Positions 42,401-51,082 of a stretch of DNA of 57,082 nt are shown here, piece after piece; within the stretch, counting starts at the first letter, position 1, and each line of letters opens with the position of its first letter. The stretch spans positions 3,664-60,745 of the forward strand of contig DPVD01000106.1 in assembly GCA_003526745.1 (NCBI GenBank). The letters run 5' to 3'. The notes under the pieces were generated by a model, which was not told the origin of the DNA, searched no databases, and saw nothing but the letters and a program-made list of their open reading frames with translations. The stretch comes from Candidatus Latescibacterota bacterium (GTDB lineage: Bacteria; Latescibacterota; UBA2968). Position numbers and translations under genes: made by a program.

Positions 42401-43012
42401 AACGCCAACTGGGCGTTGGCCAATCTGGAACTCGCCTCGATCTATACTAAAGACCAGGATTACGTAGGTGCCTCGCGCGCCTACCTCAACGCGTTGACAG
42501 GGCAGCTTGAGGAAAGTCGGCGACCTGAAGTCCTCGAAAAATTGTACGAGTCACACGTCAATCTGCGGCTCTACGACTCGGCCATATCCTACGCACGTGA
42601 TCTGATAGAACAGCATCCGCTCGACTCCAGAGCACAGGATGCGCGCATTAGTGTTGGCGAGATCTACAGCGAGAAGGGTGAGTATGAGAAATCGATCGCT
42701 GAGCTACGACCGCTGCTGACAAAGCTCAGCGGAGACAAGTGGTCGAGTGCTCAGTACGTCATCGCTATGGCCTACCAGAAGATGGACGAGTATGAAAACG
42801 CTCTAAGAGAGCATCTCAAGCTGGTCTACACACCTCAGGGCAGCGTCAACTGGGTGGCCAACTCACTTATGGGTCGCGCCCAGTGCTTCACCGCGCTCGG
42901 TCGGTCACGTGAGGCGATCGAAGAGCTCGAGAAAATTCGGACGCGTTTCAGCGGCACATCCTTTATTCTGCAAGCAGACCAGATGATCGCAGAACTGAGA
43001 CAGAATCAATGA
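39431..43012 (+). CDS. large secreted tetratricopeptide-repeat (TPR) protein
   Basis: 1193 aa, TTG start, signal-like N-terminus (AILTVLLLLLFGPVYGQ). Repeated 34-aa TPR-type units throughout (…A.Y..G..Y....Y..A...F..F...YP.S…), YbgF-like. Confidence 0.8.
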   Translation: MIEKRNLVRLSRSAILTVLLLLLFGPVYGQLQDEREAFEYSQVLYSDGLYETAAEEFRRFILNYPTSERLAHARLRLAEAYYQAESLTEAVDAYQIFVDRHPDNIEVIGALRNRATALERLGEHIRAAAAFSDLYERFRTGEYAVQDLLSAGSNSRRAYDYPAAEQSLRTIITNHPSSPLLREAAFNLGLTLSDQERQSEALQQFESIENSEREPDALLEIGRISLEQDNITKAERTFTELRKRFPRNRSAHRSYLILGEWYENQAEWSKAIKTYEAARSARLGTAQQQLAILGLARVYRKTNRDGLQLYAQFLKVYPTSEFLPDARLGLGRAFVDKKQYRQAINAFKRLQESFPDHPFSITAHRDIGDVYAALGSPRPALAAYQRHLDRETDAQESSATRLSMGRVYREQLGWTDLAIETFSQLTITARPKIAASAQFQLGLVHESTGVSHLAIREYRNFLERFAGEPQAGEAERRIRYLSSHAPTDPIDQELIDLLDDLTSESMPARLKLGKFLFSKRHYDRSIPFLEAASADTAGTNFAEALYVLGHALNAIDRREELLDPDAPGNRGRILSIFSKLTDTESSWSDDAALVAIELKHPGADTASAQRRADAYDAFLKTHPQSDRIDDARLKKADTNLFLGRTKPGLIDLALADYSKVAKSGSSKLVEKAAYGTGRCLALKKDFAAAEDALRDFLFKYPNSSLGDEARFQLGLILLERGYLQSAAAEFADLLRAPTSVDLEKSSRVLLAECYYRLEDFASAIEIDETLLSRGAESSILKRLGESYSRTGESEKALSVLGLYVRKFSNTPGADSLAFRRAELLAQLGRTNQAIEAFDNVSTRYPKSALTSPALASVSRLYFEKQNYEAALKAVTGAGVAANEAAAELKIVTLLRLDRAKQARKEIKTFKKNHPEATESLARFEVEQARIQLRYGNPKGAQKTLEGVAKKYAATRSAADAEFHLIEALEKIGKPEEHFAALLSFVKNRKNNANWALANLELASIYTKDQDYVGASRAYLNALTGQLEESRRPEVLEKLYESHVNLRLYDSAISYARDLIEQHPLDSRAQDARISVGEIYSEKGEYEKSIAELRPLLTKLSGDKWSSAQYVIAMAYQKMDEYENALREHLKLVYTPQGSVNWVANSLMGRAQCFTALGRSREAIEELEKIRTRFSGTSFILQADQMIAELRQNQ

Positions 43013-43062
43013 TCGCTCCTGCCCCAAGCACGGGCACACATTCACCTTTGGAGGGCTGGGAA

Positions 43063-43740
43063 ATGCACGGTGAACTCCTCAAACGAGTACCATTGTTCGA
43101 GGGACTCTCTAACAACGAGCTAACCGCGCTCTCTGACGTCGCAACGCTCAGGGTCTTCCCGAAGGATCGTGTTGTCATCATGGCAGCAGAGGAAGGTGAC
43201 AGTCTCTTCGTGATCCATCAGGGACAGGTCAAAGTCAGTATCGTCAGCGAGGACGGACGCGAGGTGATCCTGTCCATCCTCGACGAGGGCAACTTCTTTG
43301 GCGAAATGTCACTCCTGGATGGACATCCGCGATCAGCAAATGTGACCACCACGACGGAGACAGAACTCCTGATGGTCAGGCGTGCGGACTTCCTACATTT
43401 CATCCAGAAATCTCCCCAGACAGCGATCAAACTGCTCTCTGTGCTCGCAAATCGACTCAGGAAGACGGACAGAAAGATTGAGGGACTCGCTCTGTCCGAT
43501 GTGACAGGCAGGATCACACAGACGCTGCTGCAGCTGGCAGAGGAACAGGGATCCCCCACCCTTGATGGCGTGCTGATTAAAGACCGGCCGACACATCAGG
43601 ACTTGGCGAACATGTCCGGCACCACAAGAGAAACTGTCTCAAGGATCCTGAAGCGTCTGGAGAGCCAGGGCTACATCGTCCCAGAGGGCAAAGACCTCTT
43701 GATCGTCGGAACCGAAATACAGCAGGGCGAAGACACTTAA
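43063..43740 (+). CDS. Crp/Fnr family transcriptional regulator
   Basis: ORF 43009..43740; start ATG 43063 after GGAGGG. cNMP-binding domain (LFEGLSNNELTAL...GNFFGEMSLLDGHPRSANV) plus C-terminal HTH (TTRETVSRILKRLESQGYI). Confidence 0.9.
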   Translation: MHGELLKRVPLFEGLSNNELTALSDVATLRVFPKDRVVIMAAEEGDSLFVIHQGQVKVSIVSEDGREVILSILDEGNFFGEMSLLDGHPRSANVTTTTETELLMVRRADFLHFIQKSPQTAIKLLSVLANRLRKTDRKIEGLALSDVTGRITQTLLQLAEEQGSPTLDGVLIKDRPTHQDLANMSGTTRETVSRILKRLESQGYIVPEGKDLLIVGTEIQQGEDT

Positions 43741-43743
43741 TAG

Positions 43744-45273
43744 ATGGGCGACTCGGACGACATCCTCACAGAGGCGCTTGCCATTCTGCGGAACCCCGAT
43801 CGGTTTGGTAACATCAGGGTCATACTAGAGGAAATGGGGTGGCGCGCGATCGTCACCAATACGGTAGGACCTGCACGCAAGCTCTTGGAGCAGGATCGGT
43901 TCGGTATCATCATCATAGATGCCGACAATTTGGTAGAAGCGGATGATCCGATCGGCCAAGCTGTTGCCAAGGCATCAGAACCCCCAGGCGTGATCGTCCT
44001 AGGGTCGCTGGCGGACTCACCGGATCTCCTGACGCTTTCACCGAACGCCTTCGTCGACAGCCCCGTCAATCGCGGCGAGTTGGAGACGGCTATCCGCAAA
44101 GTCACGCTCTCGAATCGGACAGACTCGGAAATTCTGGGTCGATCTCCTGCGATCCAGCAGGTCCTTCAGACCGTCGACCAGATCGCCCCGACCCCTGTCA
44201 ATGTCCTGATCACGGGCGAAAGTGGAACTGGAAAGAGCCTTATCGCTCGGGTCATACACGACCGCAGTACGCGCGCACGGAGTCCATTCCTCACACTCAA
44301 CTGCGGATCGCTTCCTGAAACGCTCCTGGAGAGTGAACTCTTTGGCCACGAGAAGGGCGCCTTTACTGATGCGCGGTCTCAGCGAAGGGGTTTGTTCGAA
44401 ACAGCCGAGGGGGGTACCGTATTCCTCGACGAGATCGGTGAGATGTCTCTTTCTGCTCAAGTCAGGCTTCTCCACGTGCTCGACCAGAGAGAGATCACAC
44501 GTTTGGGCAGCAGCAATCCGATCGGGGTAAACGTCCGCGTCATCGCCGCCACGAACCGAGAGCTCCACCAGGCCGTGGCCGAGGGAACATTCCGCCGGGA
44601 TCTTTACTACCGACTCCGAGTTGTTGAAATCGAAGCACCTTCGCTGCGAAGCATCTCGCAAGACATCCCTCTGTTCTCAACCCATTTCATCTCGAAGATC
44701 AGCAAAGACCATGGCGTCCCCCTGATCCAGTTTGATCCGGGAGCGCTTTCTGTCCTGCAGTCCTACGCTTGGCCAGGCAACATCCGTGAGCTGCGCAACC
44801 TGATCGAGCGGTTGATGGTACTTTCGATCGATCGATCCATATCTGCCGAGGTCCTCGCTACCTACTTGGAAGACCTCGACGGACCGCTCACCGATGGGTC
44901 TCAGGCTTTACCTGTCCATCTGGGCAAGACTCCGGAGGAGTCTTCACGTGACCTTCTCTACTGGGCAATCCTAGAAGTCGCCAAAGACATCAAAGAGCTC
45001 AAAGCATTCCTGATCGATAGGGAAGGCCAAACACAAGCCAGACCGCTGCCCGTCTACCAACCCGACGAGACACCGATCGAACAGGGTACAGAAGTCGAGT
45101 TCTCCGAAACAGGTGTCGTTTCTCGGAATCAAGTCAAGACCATGGATGAAATCGAGCGCGACGCGATCCTGAATGCTCTGCAGGTAACGGACGGACACCG
45201 GAAGCAAGCCGCAAGGCTCCTAGGGATGGCTGAGCGCACACTCTACCGCAAGATCCGCCAATACGGCCTGTGA
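43744..45273 (+). CDS. sigma-54-dependent enhancer-binding protein with degenerate receiver domain and Fis-type HTH
   Basis: 509 aa. AAA+ core GESGTGKSLIARVIHDRS, ELFGHEKGAFTDA (a GAFTGA-loop variant), VRVIAATNREL, and C-terminal HTH QAARLLGMAERTLYRKIRQYGL. The N-terminal roughly 120 aa are receiver-like but lack the DD pocket and the conserved Lys. Confidence 0.88.
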   Translation: MGDSDDILTEALAILRNPDRFGNIRVILEEMGWRAIVTNTVGPARKLLEQDRFGIIIIDADNLVEADDPIGQAVAKASEPPGVIVLGSLADSPDLLTLSPNAFVDSPVNRGELETAIRKVTLSNRTDSEILGRSPAIQQVLQTVDQIAPTPVNVLITGESGTGKSLIARVIHDRSTRARSPFLTLNCGSLPETLLESELFGHEKGAFTDARSQRRGLFETAEGGTVFLDEIGEMSLSAQVRLLHVLDQREITRLGSSNPIGVNVRVIAATNRELHQAVAEGTFRRDLYYRLRVVEIEAPSLRSISQDIPLFSTHFISKISKDHGVPLIQFDPGALSVLQSYAWPGNIRELRNLIERLMVLSIDRSISAEVLATYLEDLDGPLTDGSQALPVHLGKTPEESSRDLLYWAILEVAKDIKELKAFLIDREGQTQARPLPVYQPDETPIEQGTEVEFSETGVVSRNQVKTMDEIERDAILNALQVTDGHRKQAARLLGMAERTLYRKIRQYGL

Positions 45274-45293
45274 GGTTGCTTCCCACCAATTTT

Positions 45294-45309
45294 TGGGAAC
45301 CTTTTCGCA
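45294..45309 (+). promoter_or_regulatory. candidate sigma-54 (-24/-12) promoter upstream of htrA
   Basis: TGGGAACCTTTTCGCA versus consensus TGGCAC-N5-TTGCA. The GG and GC dinucleotides are at the correct 12-nt register. It lies 21 nt after the EBP stop and about 92 nt before the htrA ATG. Confidence 0.35.
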
Positions 45310-45400
45310 GACAATCGGTCATAATCGGCGAGACGAATACCCCTCTCCGCATCTGCAGAAATGAATCAACCTTTCCCGAAACATAGGAGTAGATGGTTTT

Positions 45401-46846
45401 ATGACACGCAAGCTCATCATACTCATTGCCCTTTTGGCGGGGTCGGCGCTTCAAATCCCGGATGTGGCGGCGATGACCGACGATCAGGCGATCGCCCAGC
45501 TCAAGACGTTCAACCAGGCTTACACGGCCATCGCCGAACGAGTCACCAGAAGTGTGGTAACTATCACGACAAAGCGGACAAAGGATCCGGTCGAACGCGG
45601 TAGGCGGATACCCAGATTTCATCAGTTCCAGCTTCCTCAGCCCGAAGAGCGGGAAAACTCGGGTCTCGGGTCCGGCATTATCATGTCCCAAAGTGGCTAC
45701 GTCCTCACGAACAACCATGTCATCGAGAATGCGGATGAAATAACCGTCGTAATGAACGACAACCGTGAGTATGTGGCCGAGCTCGTGGGACGCGACGAAC
45801 TCACCGACGTTGCCGTCGTCAAGATTGACGCGAAAGACCTAAAACCCATCTCTATAGGTAACTCCGACGGTGTTCAGATAGGTGAGTGGGTCCTCGCGGT
45901 CGGCGCACCTCTGGACCTTCGGTCGACGGTGACATCGGGCATAGTCAGCGCAATCGGCCGAAGCCTCGATATCATTCGCAACGAACTGTCCGTGGAAGAT
46001 TTCATACAGGTCGACGCTGCGATCAACCCGGGGAACTCGGGCGGTGCGCTCGTCAACCTCGATGGTGAGCTGATCGGTGTGAACACGGCGATCGCCACAC
46101 GCAACCGCGGCTTCGTCGGATACGGGTTTGCAATCCCGATCGACCTCGCGAAGAAAGTGATGGATGACATTATCGCTCACGGTGAGGTTCGTCGAGCCTA
46201 CCTTGGAGTCGGTCTACGAATGGTCACAGCCGCAGAGGCTGATGCATTCGGCCTTGATCGACCGAAGGGTGTCCTGATCGACCTAGTGATGGAAGGCACG
46301 CCGGCGGATAGGGCGAACTTTAAGCGTGGAGATATCGTCCTAGAGGTGAATGGCGAGACAGTGAACCGGCCAAACCACCTTCAGAGCATCATCGCAAGGA
46401 AGCATCCGGGTGATATGGCGGAGTTCACGGTTCGCAGAAACGACCGCGACCTGACGCTCGAGACAACTCTCGGTGCGATCCCGAAGGACAACGACCAGCT
46501 TGCTGCTGAGGGAGACGAGTACGGCGCCGAAACTTCGAGTCTCGGGCTGACCGTCACTGACCTGACACCTCAGGTCATCGAATCTTTTGGCCTTTCTAAA
46601 GACACCAAAGGTGTCGTCGTCACTCAGGTCTCGCGAGGTCCCGGACGCAGGGCCGGATTCCTCCAAGGCGACGTCATATTCGCCGTCCGACAGCAGGGCC
46701 TAGATGTCTCGATCGAAAGCGTCCAGGATTTCAAGTCGGTCCTGTCCGATCTTCAACCCGATCGCAACGCGGCGTTCTCGGTCATTCGCAAGAGCCGTTC
46801 GGGCGCTGAGCGTTACTTGTTCCTAACCCCCAGAATTCCGAGCTGA
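45401..46846 (+). CDS. htrA: HtrA/DegP family periplasmic serine protease with two PDZ domains
   Basis: 481 aa with a signal peptide (LIILIALLAGSALQIPDVAA). Catalytic His/Asp/Ser context (LTNNHVI, DVAVVKI, GNSGGALVNLDGELIGVNTAI). Two PDZ-like C-terminal modules. Confidence 0.92.
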   Translation: MTRKLIILIALLAGSALQIPDVAAMTDDQAIAQLKTFNQAYTAIAERVTRSVVTITTKRTKDPVERGRRIPRFHQFQLPQPEERENSGLGSGIIMSQSGYVLTNNHVIENADEITVVMNDNREYVAELVGRDELTDVAVVKIDAKDLKPISIGNSDGVQIGEWVLAVGAPLDLRSTVTSGIVSAIGRSLDIIRNELSVEDFIQVDAAINPGNSGGALVNLDGELIGVNTAIATRNRGFVGYGFAIPIDLAKKVMDDIIAHGEVRRAYLGVGLRMVTAAEADAFGLDRPKGVLIDLVMEGTPADRANFKRGDIVLEVNGETVNRPNHLQSIIARKHPGDMAEFTVRRNDRDLTLETTLGAIPKDNDQLAAEGDEYGAETSSLGLTVTDLTPQVIESFGLSKDTKGVVVTQVSRGPGRRAGFLQGDVIFAVRQQGLDVSIESVQDFKSVLSDLQPDRNAAFSVIRKSRSGAERYLFLTPRIPS

Positions 46847-46868
46847 CACGTCAACCGATCCGAATACT

Positions 46869-46912
46869 AAAGGGCCCCGTTCTCTGATTCGAGAACGGGG
46901 CCCTTCTTGTTT
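46869..46912. terminator. rho-independent terminator between convergent htrA and xerD
   Basis: GGGCCCCGTTCTC-tgattc-GAGAACGGGGCCC, a perfect 13-bp stem (46872-46903) followed by TTCTTGTTT. Confidence 0.8.
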
Positions 46913-46929
46913 CCTGCGTCATTCGGAAC

Positions 46930-47865
46930 TTACGCGCGCGGATGGAAAGTCTTGTGGACCTCCTTCAGATATTCCCGATCGATGTGCGTATAGATCTGTG
47001 TCGTCGAAATATCCGCGTGGCCGAGCATCTCCTGTACTGCACGCAGATCTGCTCCGCCCTCAAGTAGATGTGTCGCGAAAGAATGTCGCATCGTATGAGG
47101 GCTGACGGTCTTCCCGATCCCGGCAGCGAGCACGTACTTCCTAAGTAGCTTATGGATTCCCATCCTCGAAAGTCTTCCCCCCCTAAAATTCAGGAAGAGG
47201 TTCGGTGGCGAATCCGGCTTCACCAAATTGGCACGCCCTGATGACGTATACCGGGTGACCCAACTCTGGGCCTGCGAGCCAACAGGAACAATCCGCTCCT
47301 TGCTGCCTTTCCCGAACACGCGCACCACACCCACGTAGAACACGAGTTGGCTCGGTTTCAGATCGACCGCCTCGGACACCCGCAACCCGACGCCATACAT
47401 CATCTCTAAAAGGGCACGATCGCGCAGCCCAAGGTCGGTCTCCACATCGGGCATATCGAGCAGCGTCTGAACTTCGTCGACCGACAGTACCTCGGGCAGC
47501 TTCCTCCCAACCTTCGGCGGGCGCTGATTCTCTGTAGGATCCGAATCGCGAATCCCTTCGGTCACGAGAAATTTGTGGAACACCCTCACCGCCGTCAGAT
47601 TTCGTGCTACGCTTGACGGGGCCAGACCGACGTCATCGAGTTGACGCACGAACTCGGAAACATCCTTTGCCTGAATCGATATCACCGAATCGAGTCTACG
47701 CTCGAACATGATCTGGAGATACCGGACCAGATCTCGCTCATAGGCCTCGACGGAGTGATCAGATAGGCCCTTCTCAAGACGCACATAGTCCAGAAACTGG
47801 CATAGAGGCCAGCTCAGGGACTCTGGTATTTCGAGCTGGGTCAAACCTGAGCGCACGCCGTCCAC
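46930..47865 (-). CDS. xerD: tyrosine recombinase XerD/XerC-type
   Basis: 311 aa, GTG start. N-terminal SAM-like core-binding domain (FLDYVRLEKGLSDHSVEAYERDL). Catalytic region GLRVSE...HTMRHSFATHLLEGGADLRAVQEMLGHADISTTQIYTH. Confidence 0.88.
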   Translation of the reverse strand: MDGVRSGLTQLEIPESLSWPLCQFLDYVRLEKGLSDHSVEAYERDLVRYLQIMFERRLDSVISIQAKDVSEFVRQLDDVGLAPSSVARNLTAVRVFHKFLVTEGIRDSDPTENQRPPKVGRKLPEVLSVDEVQTLLDMPDVETDLGLRDRALLEMMYGVGLRVSEAVDLKPSQLVFYVGVVRVFGKGSKERIVPVGSQAQSWVTRYTSSGRANLVKPDSPPNLFLNFRGGRLSRMGIHKLLRKYVLAAGIGKTVSPHTMRHSFATHLLEGGADLRAVQEMLGHADISTTQIYTHIDREYLKEVHKTFHPRA

Positions 47866-47870
47866 GACGG

Positions 47871-48353
47871 CTACAGGACCAGCGAGAGCTGCGGCATCTC
47901 AAGACCAAGCAAAGCTCGCTTCCACGCCAGCCCGCCTCTGAACCCTGTCAAGTCGCCCGACGATCCGACGACTCGGTGACACGGAACAATCAGCGGCAGC
48001 GGATTCTTATTGAGCGCCATACCAACGGCACGCGACGCGGTCACATCCTGCCCAATCCTCTCTGCGATTTCACCGTAGCTGACGGTCTCGCCATACGGAA
48101 CAACAAGAGTTGTCCGCCAGACGTTCATCTGGAAAGCGCTCCCTTCAGGTATCCGTTCGAAAGGCGTAAGCACTTGGCGGTCGCCATCCAAATACGCCGC
48201 CAAACCTTTCGCAACATCTCTTGCAAACGGAGGCACTTCTCTGACCTTGTGTTCACGCTCGCTGTATCGCCCGAACACGATCCGGTCGAGTATCGAGCCA
48301 TTCCACACGGTCTTTAGCTCCCCAAACCGGGTATGTATAATCACCTCACTCAT
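47871..48353 (-). CDS. ogt: methylated-DNA--protein-cysteine methyltransferase
   Basis: ORF 47871..48380; likely start ATG 48353 (MSEVIIHT...). Active site IVPCHRVVGSSGDLTGFRGG; VSYGEIAERIG helix. Confidence 0.9.
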   Translation of the reverse strand: MSEVIIHTRFGELKTVWNGSILDRIVFGRYSEREHKVREVPPFARDVAKGLAAYLDGDRQVLTPFERIPEGSAFQMNVWRTTLVVPYGETVSYGEIAERIGQDVTASRAVGMALNKNPLPLIVPCHRVVGSSGDLTGFRGGLAWKRALLGLEMPQLSLVL

Positions 48354-50397
48354 CCGGGGCTCCTGCCAGAGTGTGCACAATCTGTTCGGCCAGCTTTAGC
48401 CCTAGGCCCTCAACGGCCTGGACATCTTCAAGTGACGCTTCCCGAAGTCGCTTCATCGATCCGAAATGGCGAAGCAGCAGCTTCCGTCTCGCAGGCCCAA
48501 CACCTTCTATCTCCTCGAGCGTGGAGTGCAGCGTCCGCTTCGCTCGAACCTGGCGATGGAAAGAAACGGCAAACCGATGTGACTCGTCCCGGAGCGCCTG
48601 AAGGAGCTTCAACGAACTCGACACTTTCGGGATGTTCTGCGGATACGAATGGCCGGGGATGAAGACCTCTTCAAGCCTTTTGGCCAGACCAATCGCGGGC
48701 TGGTCCTTGATACCCAACGAACTCAACGCACTGATCGCGCTCGACAACTGACCTTTTCCACCATCGATCAGAAGCAGATCTGGAAATGCCCTACCTTCCT
48801 GCTGCAGCCGTCTGAACCGACGCGTCACTACCTGGTGCATCATGGCGAAGTCATTCGGTCCCTCGATCCCCGTGATCTTGTAGTGACGGTAGTTCTTCTT
48901 TGAAGGCCTGCCGTCGATGAAACAGACAACCGACGCGACCGGATCCTGTCCCTGAATGTTCGAAATATCCATAGCTTCGATCCTACGAGGTGGAGCATCG
49001 AGATTCAGATCACGCTGCAGCGAACTGACCAACGCCGGGACCTGCTTCCTCCTGTTTTCCCTCTTGAGACGTCGTTCGGTCAAAAGAAGACCGGCGTTGC
49101 TTTCCGCCATCTTCATCAACTGAGCCTTATCGCCTCGCTGGGGTACCTTGATCGTCACCGGGCCTCCCGCTCGGTCGTCAAGCCACTCGCGAATCGTCTC
49201 CTCGTCGTCCACATCCACGGAGACGTAGATTTCGCGCGGCACAAACGAAGCCGTCAGGTAGAACAATCGCAGGAATGACGATCGTATCTCGGCCTCTGGT
49301 GCATCCAAGACGCCTCCGATGAAATAGTGCTGTCTCCCGATCAGTCGGCCTTCACGGATCTCCATGACAACGCCGCAGGCTTCTTCATCCTCTCGGAAGA
49401 TCGCGATCAGATCCCAATCGGCATGATCTGTCGACATCATCTTCTGGCGGTTGGTCACGCGCTTGAGCGCGTCCAGCCGATCCCTGAAGATCGCAGCCTC
49501 TTCGAAGCGAAGCTCCTCGGAGGCTCTGTCCATCTCTCCCCGCATGATCCTCGCAACCTCCCTACGTCGCCCGCTCAGGAAGAGAACGGCCTCATCGATC
49601 AGCTTCTTGTAGTTCTCGGACGTAATCAGATCTTCGCACGGGCCGTCACAGCGTCCGATCTCGTAGTCGATGCAGAGACGCACATTCTTGTTCGGCAGAG
49701 CGTAGTCGCAACTTCTGACGCGGAACAGCTTGTGCATAAGATTCAGCATGTTCCGCATAGCCTTGACGTCCGTGTATGGACCAAGATACCGGCCTCCGTC
49801 CTTCTCGACATCGCGTGTCACGATGATCCGGGGGAACGGTTCAGCCGTCACTTTGATATACGGGTACTTCTTGTCATCCTTCAGCGTGATGTTGTAGCGC
49901 GGCTTGTGCTCCTTAACCAGATTCGATTCGAGAATCAGGGCCTCTCGATCCGAATCGGTCACGATATATTCGACTTCCCTAACGTTCCCGACGAGTGCCA
50001 GGAATTGTCCGCGACCGTCGAATGCGCGCGGCGTGAAGTAGGAACGGACGCGGCTTCGCAGCGACTTCGCCTTGCCTATGTATATGAGCTTACCTCCGGC
50101 GTCACGCATCAGGTACACACCCGGCGCACGAGGCAGATGGTCGAGTGCCTCTCTCAGTGCCGACTGCGCCTGGCGGCGGTCGACCTTAAAGTAGGACGAT
50201 ATATGACCTTGCGATAGACTGTCCAAGATCCGTTCTCGCGCTTCTTGGGAGAGGGTTGGTAAGAGAACTGGAAGTGCTGGCCTTGGGACGCGAGCACTGA
50301 GTAGAAGATTCTGCCGGATGTCTTCCTTGTATTTCGCGCCCGCCAAAACGCCGCAGTGTCGACAACGCAATATCACTGTCCGCCGCACTCGAACCAC
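48346..50397 (-). CDS. uvrC: excinuclease ABC subunit C
   Basis: GIY-YIG domain (PGVYLMRDAGGKLIYIGKAKSLRSRVRSYF), UVR motif (EELRFEEAAIFRDRL), RNase-H-like endonuclease domain and a C-terminal (HhH)2 (IEGVGPARRKLLLRHFGS). The annotated start gives an unusual 80-aa leader; in-frame TTG at 50226 is a more typical start. Confidence 0.92.
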   Translation of the reverse strand: MVRVRRTVILRCRHCGVLAGAKYKEDIRQNLLLSARVPRPALPVLLPTLSQEARERILDSLSQGHISSYFKVDRRQAQSALREALDHLPRAPGVYLMRDAGGKLIYIGKAKSLRSRVRSYFTPRAFDGRGQFLALVGNVREVEYIVTDSDREALILESNLVKEHKPRYNITLKDDKKYPYIKVTAEPFPRIIVTRDVEKDGGRYLGPYTDVKAMRNMLNLMHKLFRVRSCDYALPNKNVRLCIDYEIGRCDGPCEDLITSENYKKLIDEAVLFLSGRRREVARIMRGEMDRASEELRFEEAAIFRDRLDALKRVTNRQKMMSTDHADWDLIAIFREDEEACGVVMEIREGRLIGRQHYFIGGVLDAPEAEIRSSFLRLFYLTASFVPREIYVSVDVDDEETIREWLDDRAGGPVTIKVPQRGDKAQLMKMAESNAGLLLTERRLKRENRRKQVPALVSSLQRDLNLDAPPRRIEAMDISNIQGQDPVASVVCFIDGRPSKKNYRHYKITGIEGPNDFAMMHQVVTRRFRRLQQEGRAFPDLLLIDGGKGQLSSAISALSSLGIKDQPAIGLAKRLEEVFIPGHSYPQNIPKVSSSLKLLQALRDESHRFAVSFHRQVRAKRTLHSTLEEIEGVGPARRKLLLRHFGSMKRLREASLEDVQAVEGLGLKLAEQIVHTLAGAPDE

Positions 50398-50581
50398 GTC
50401 GGGACGCGTTCTGCCGTCAGGACACGAGACTCGCAGGCCGGGACGCTAGCCGATTCGTTCGGGAACGACGAGATCCACCCGACGGTGAATCCCAAAGTCG
50501 CTTCATAGGACTTGAGACATGCACTCCGCCTAACGCGACGTCTCACGCCCGACGGGTGCAGCCTCAACCCCGGGAGGAACT

Positions 50582-51082
50582 TCACACACAGAGATCCACG
50601 ATCTCGACACCCATCGAATCCAGGTCTAGAAGGGCGACGGTCCCGCGCCCCGTCGTCCATCCTCCCGTCTCGCCTGGATTGATTACGACCGTCTTGTCTT
50701 CCCTGACATCGATCTCGTGTGTATGTCCATAGACAATCACGTCGTAGTGCCCGCTTGCCTGCAGAGCATCAACCTCATCCGGCTCGTGAAGCATCAGAAA
50801 TCGCTTACCTGCGTAATCGAAGGGATGCGGGGCTCGGTGTATGTCGCCCAACTCTGCGAATCGAGATTTCAGTCCGAACTTCTCGCCATCGTTGTTCCCG
50901 AAAACACCGACCATAGTCACACCGATGTCCTTCATCCAACCCGCGTTGAACGGCGCAATATAGTCTCCGGCGTGGAGAAGTAGGCCGATCTGCCGATCTT
51001 TAAAAATTCGGATCGCGGCCTCTACCCCCACCTTGTTGTCGTGACTGTCAGCCATAATGCCAACGAGATGGCTATTTGTCAT
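50582..51082 (-). CDS. YfcE/MJ0936-type metallophosphoesterase
   Basis: 166 aa; motifs IMADSHD, HAGDY, GNNDG, MLHEPD, YGHTHE. Confidence 0.85.
   Translation of the reverse strand: MTNSHLVGIMADSHDNKVGVEAAIRIFKDRQIGLLLHAGDYIAPFNAGWMKDIGVTMVGVFGNNDGEKFGLKSRFAELGDIHRAPHPFDYAGKRFLMLHEPDEVDALQASGHYDVIVYGHTHEIDVREDKTVVINPGETGGWTTGRGTVALLDLDSMGVEIVDLCV

Noticed and set aside
44038-45718. 207-aa and 194-aa minus-strand ORFs
   Set aside because: They are antisense to the sigma-54 activator and the htrA 5' region, and have no recognisable motifs.
46930-47865. Tyrosine recombinase as a marker of an integrated mobile element
   Set aside because: The full XerD-type architecture sits in an operon-like chain with uvrC and ogt. 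There is no flanking tRNA, no direct repeats and no phage or transposon genes. It is most likely the chromosomal dimer-resolution recombinase.
49327-50217. 296-aa plus-strand ORF
   Set aside because: It is antisense to uvrC, whose GIY-YIG, UVR and HhH motifs are unambiguous.
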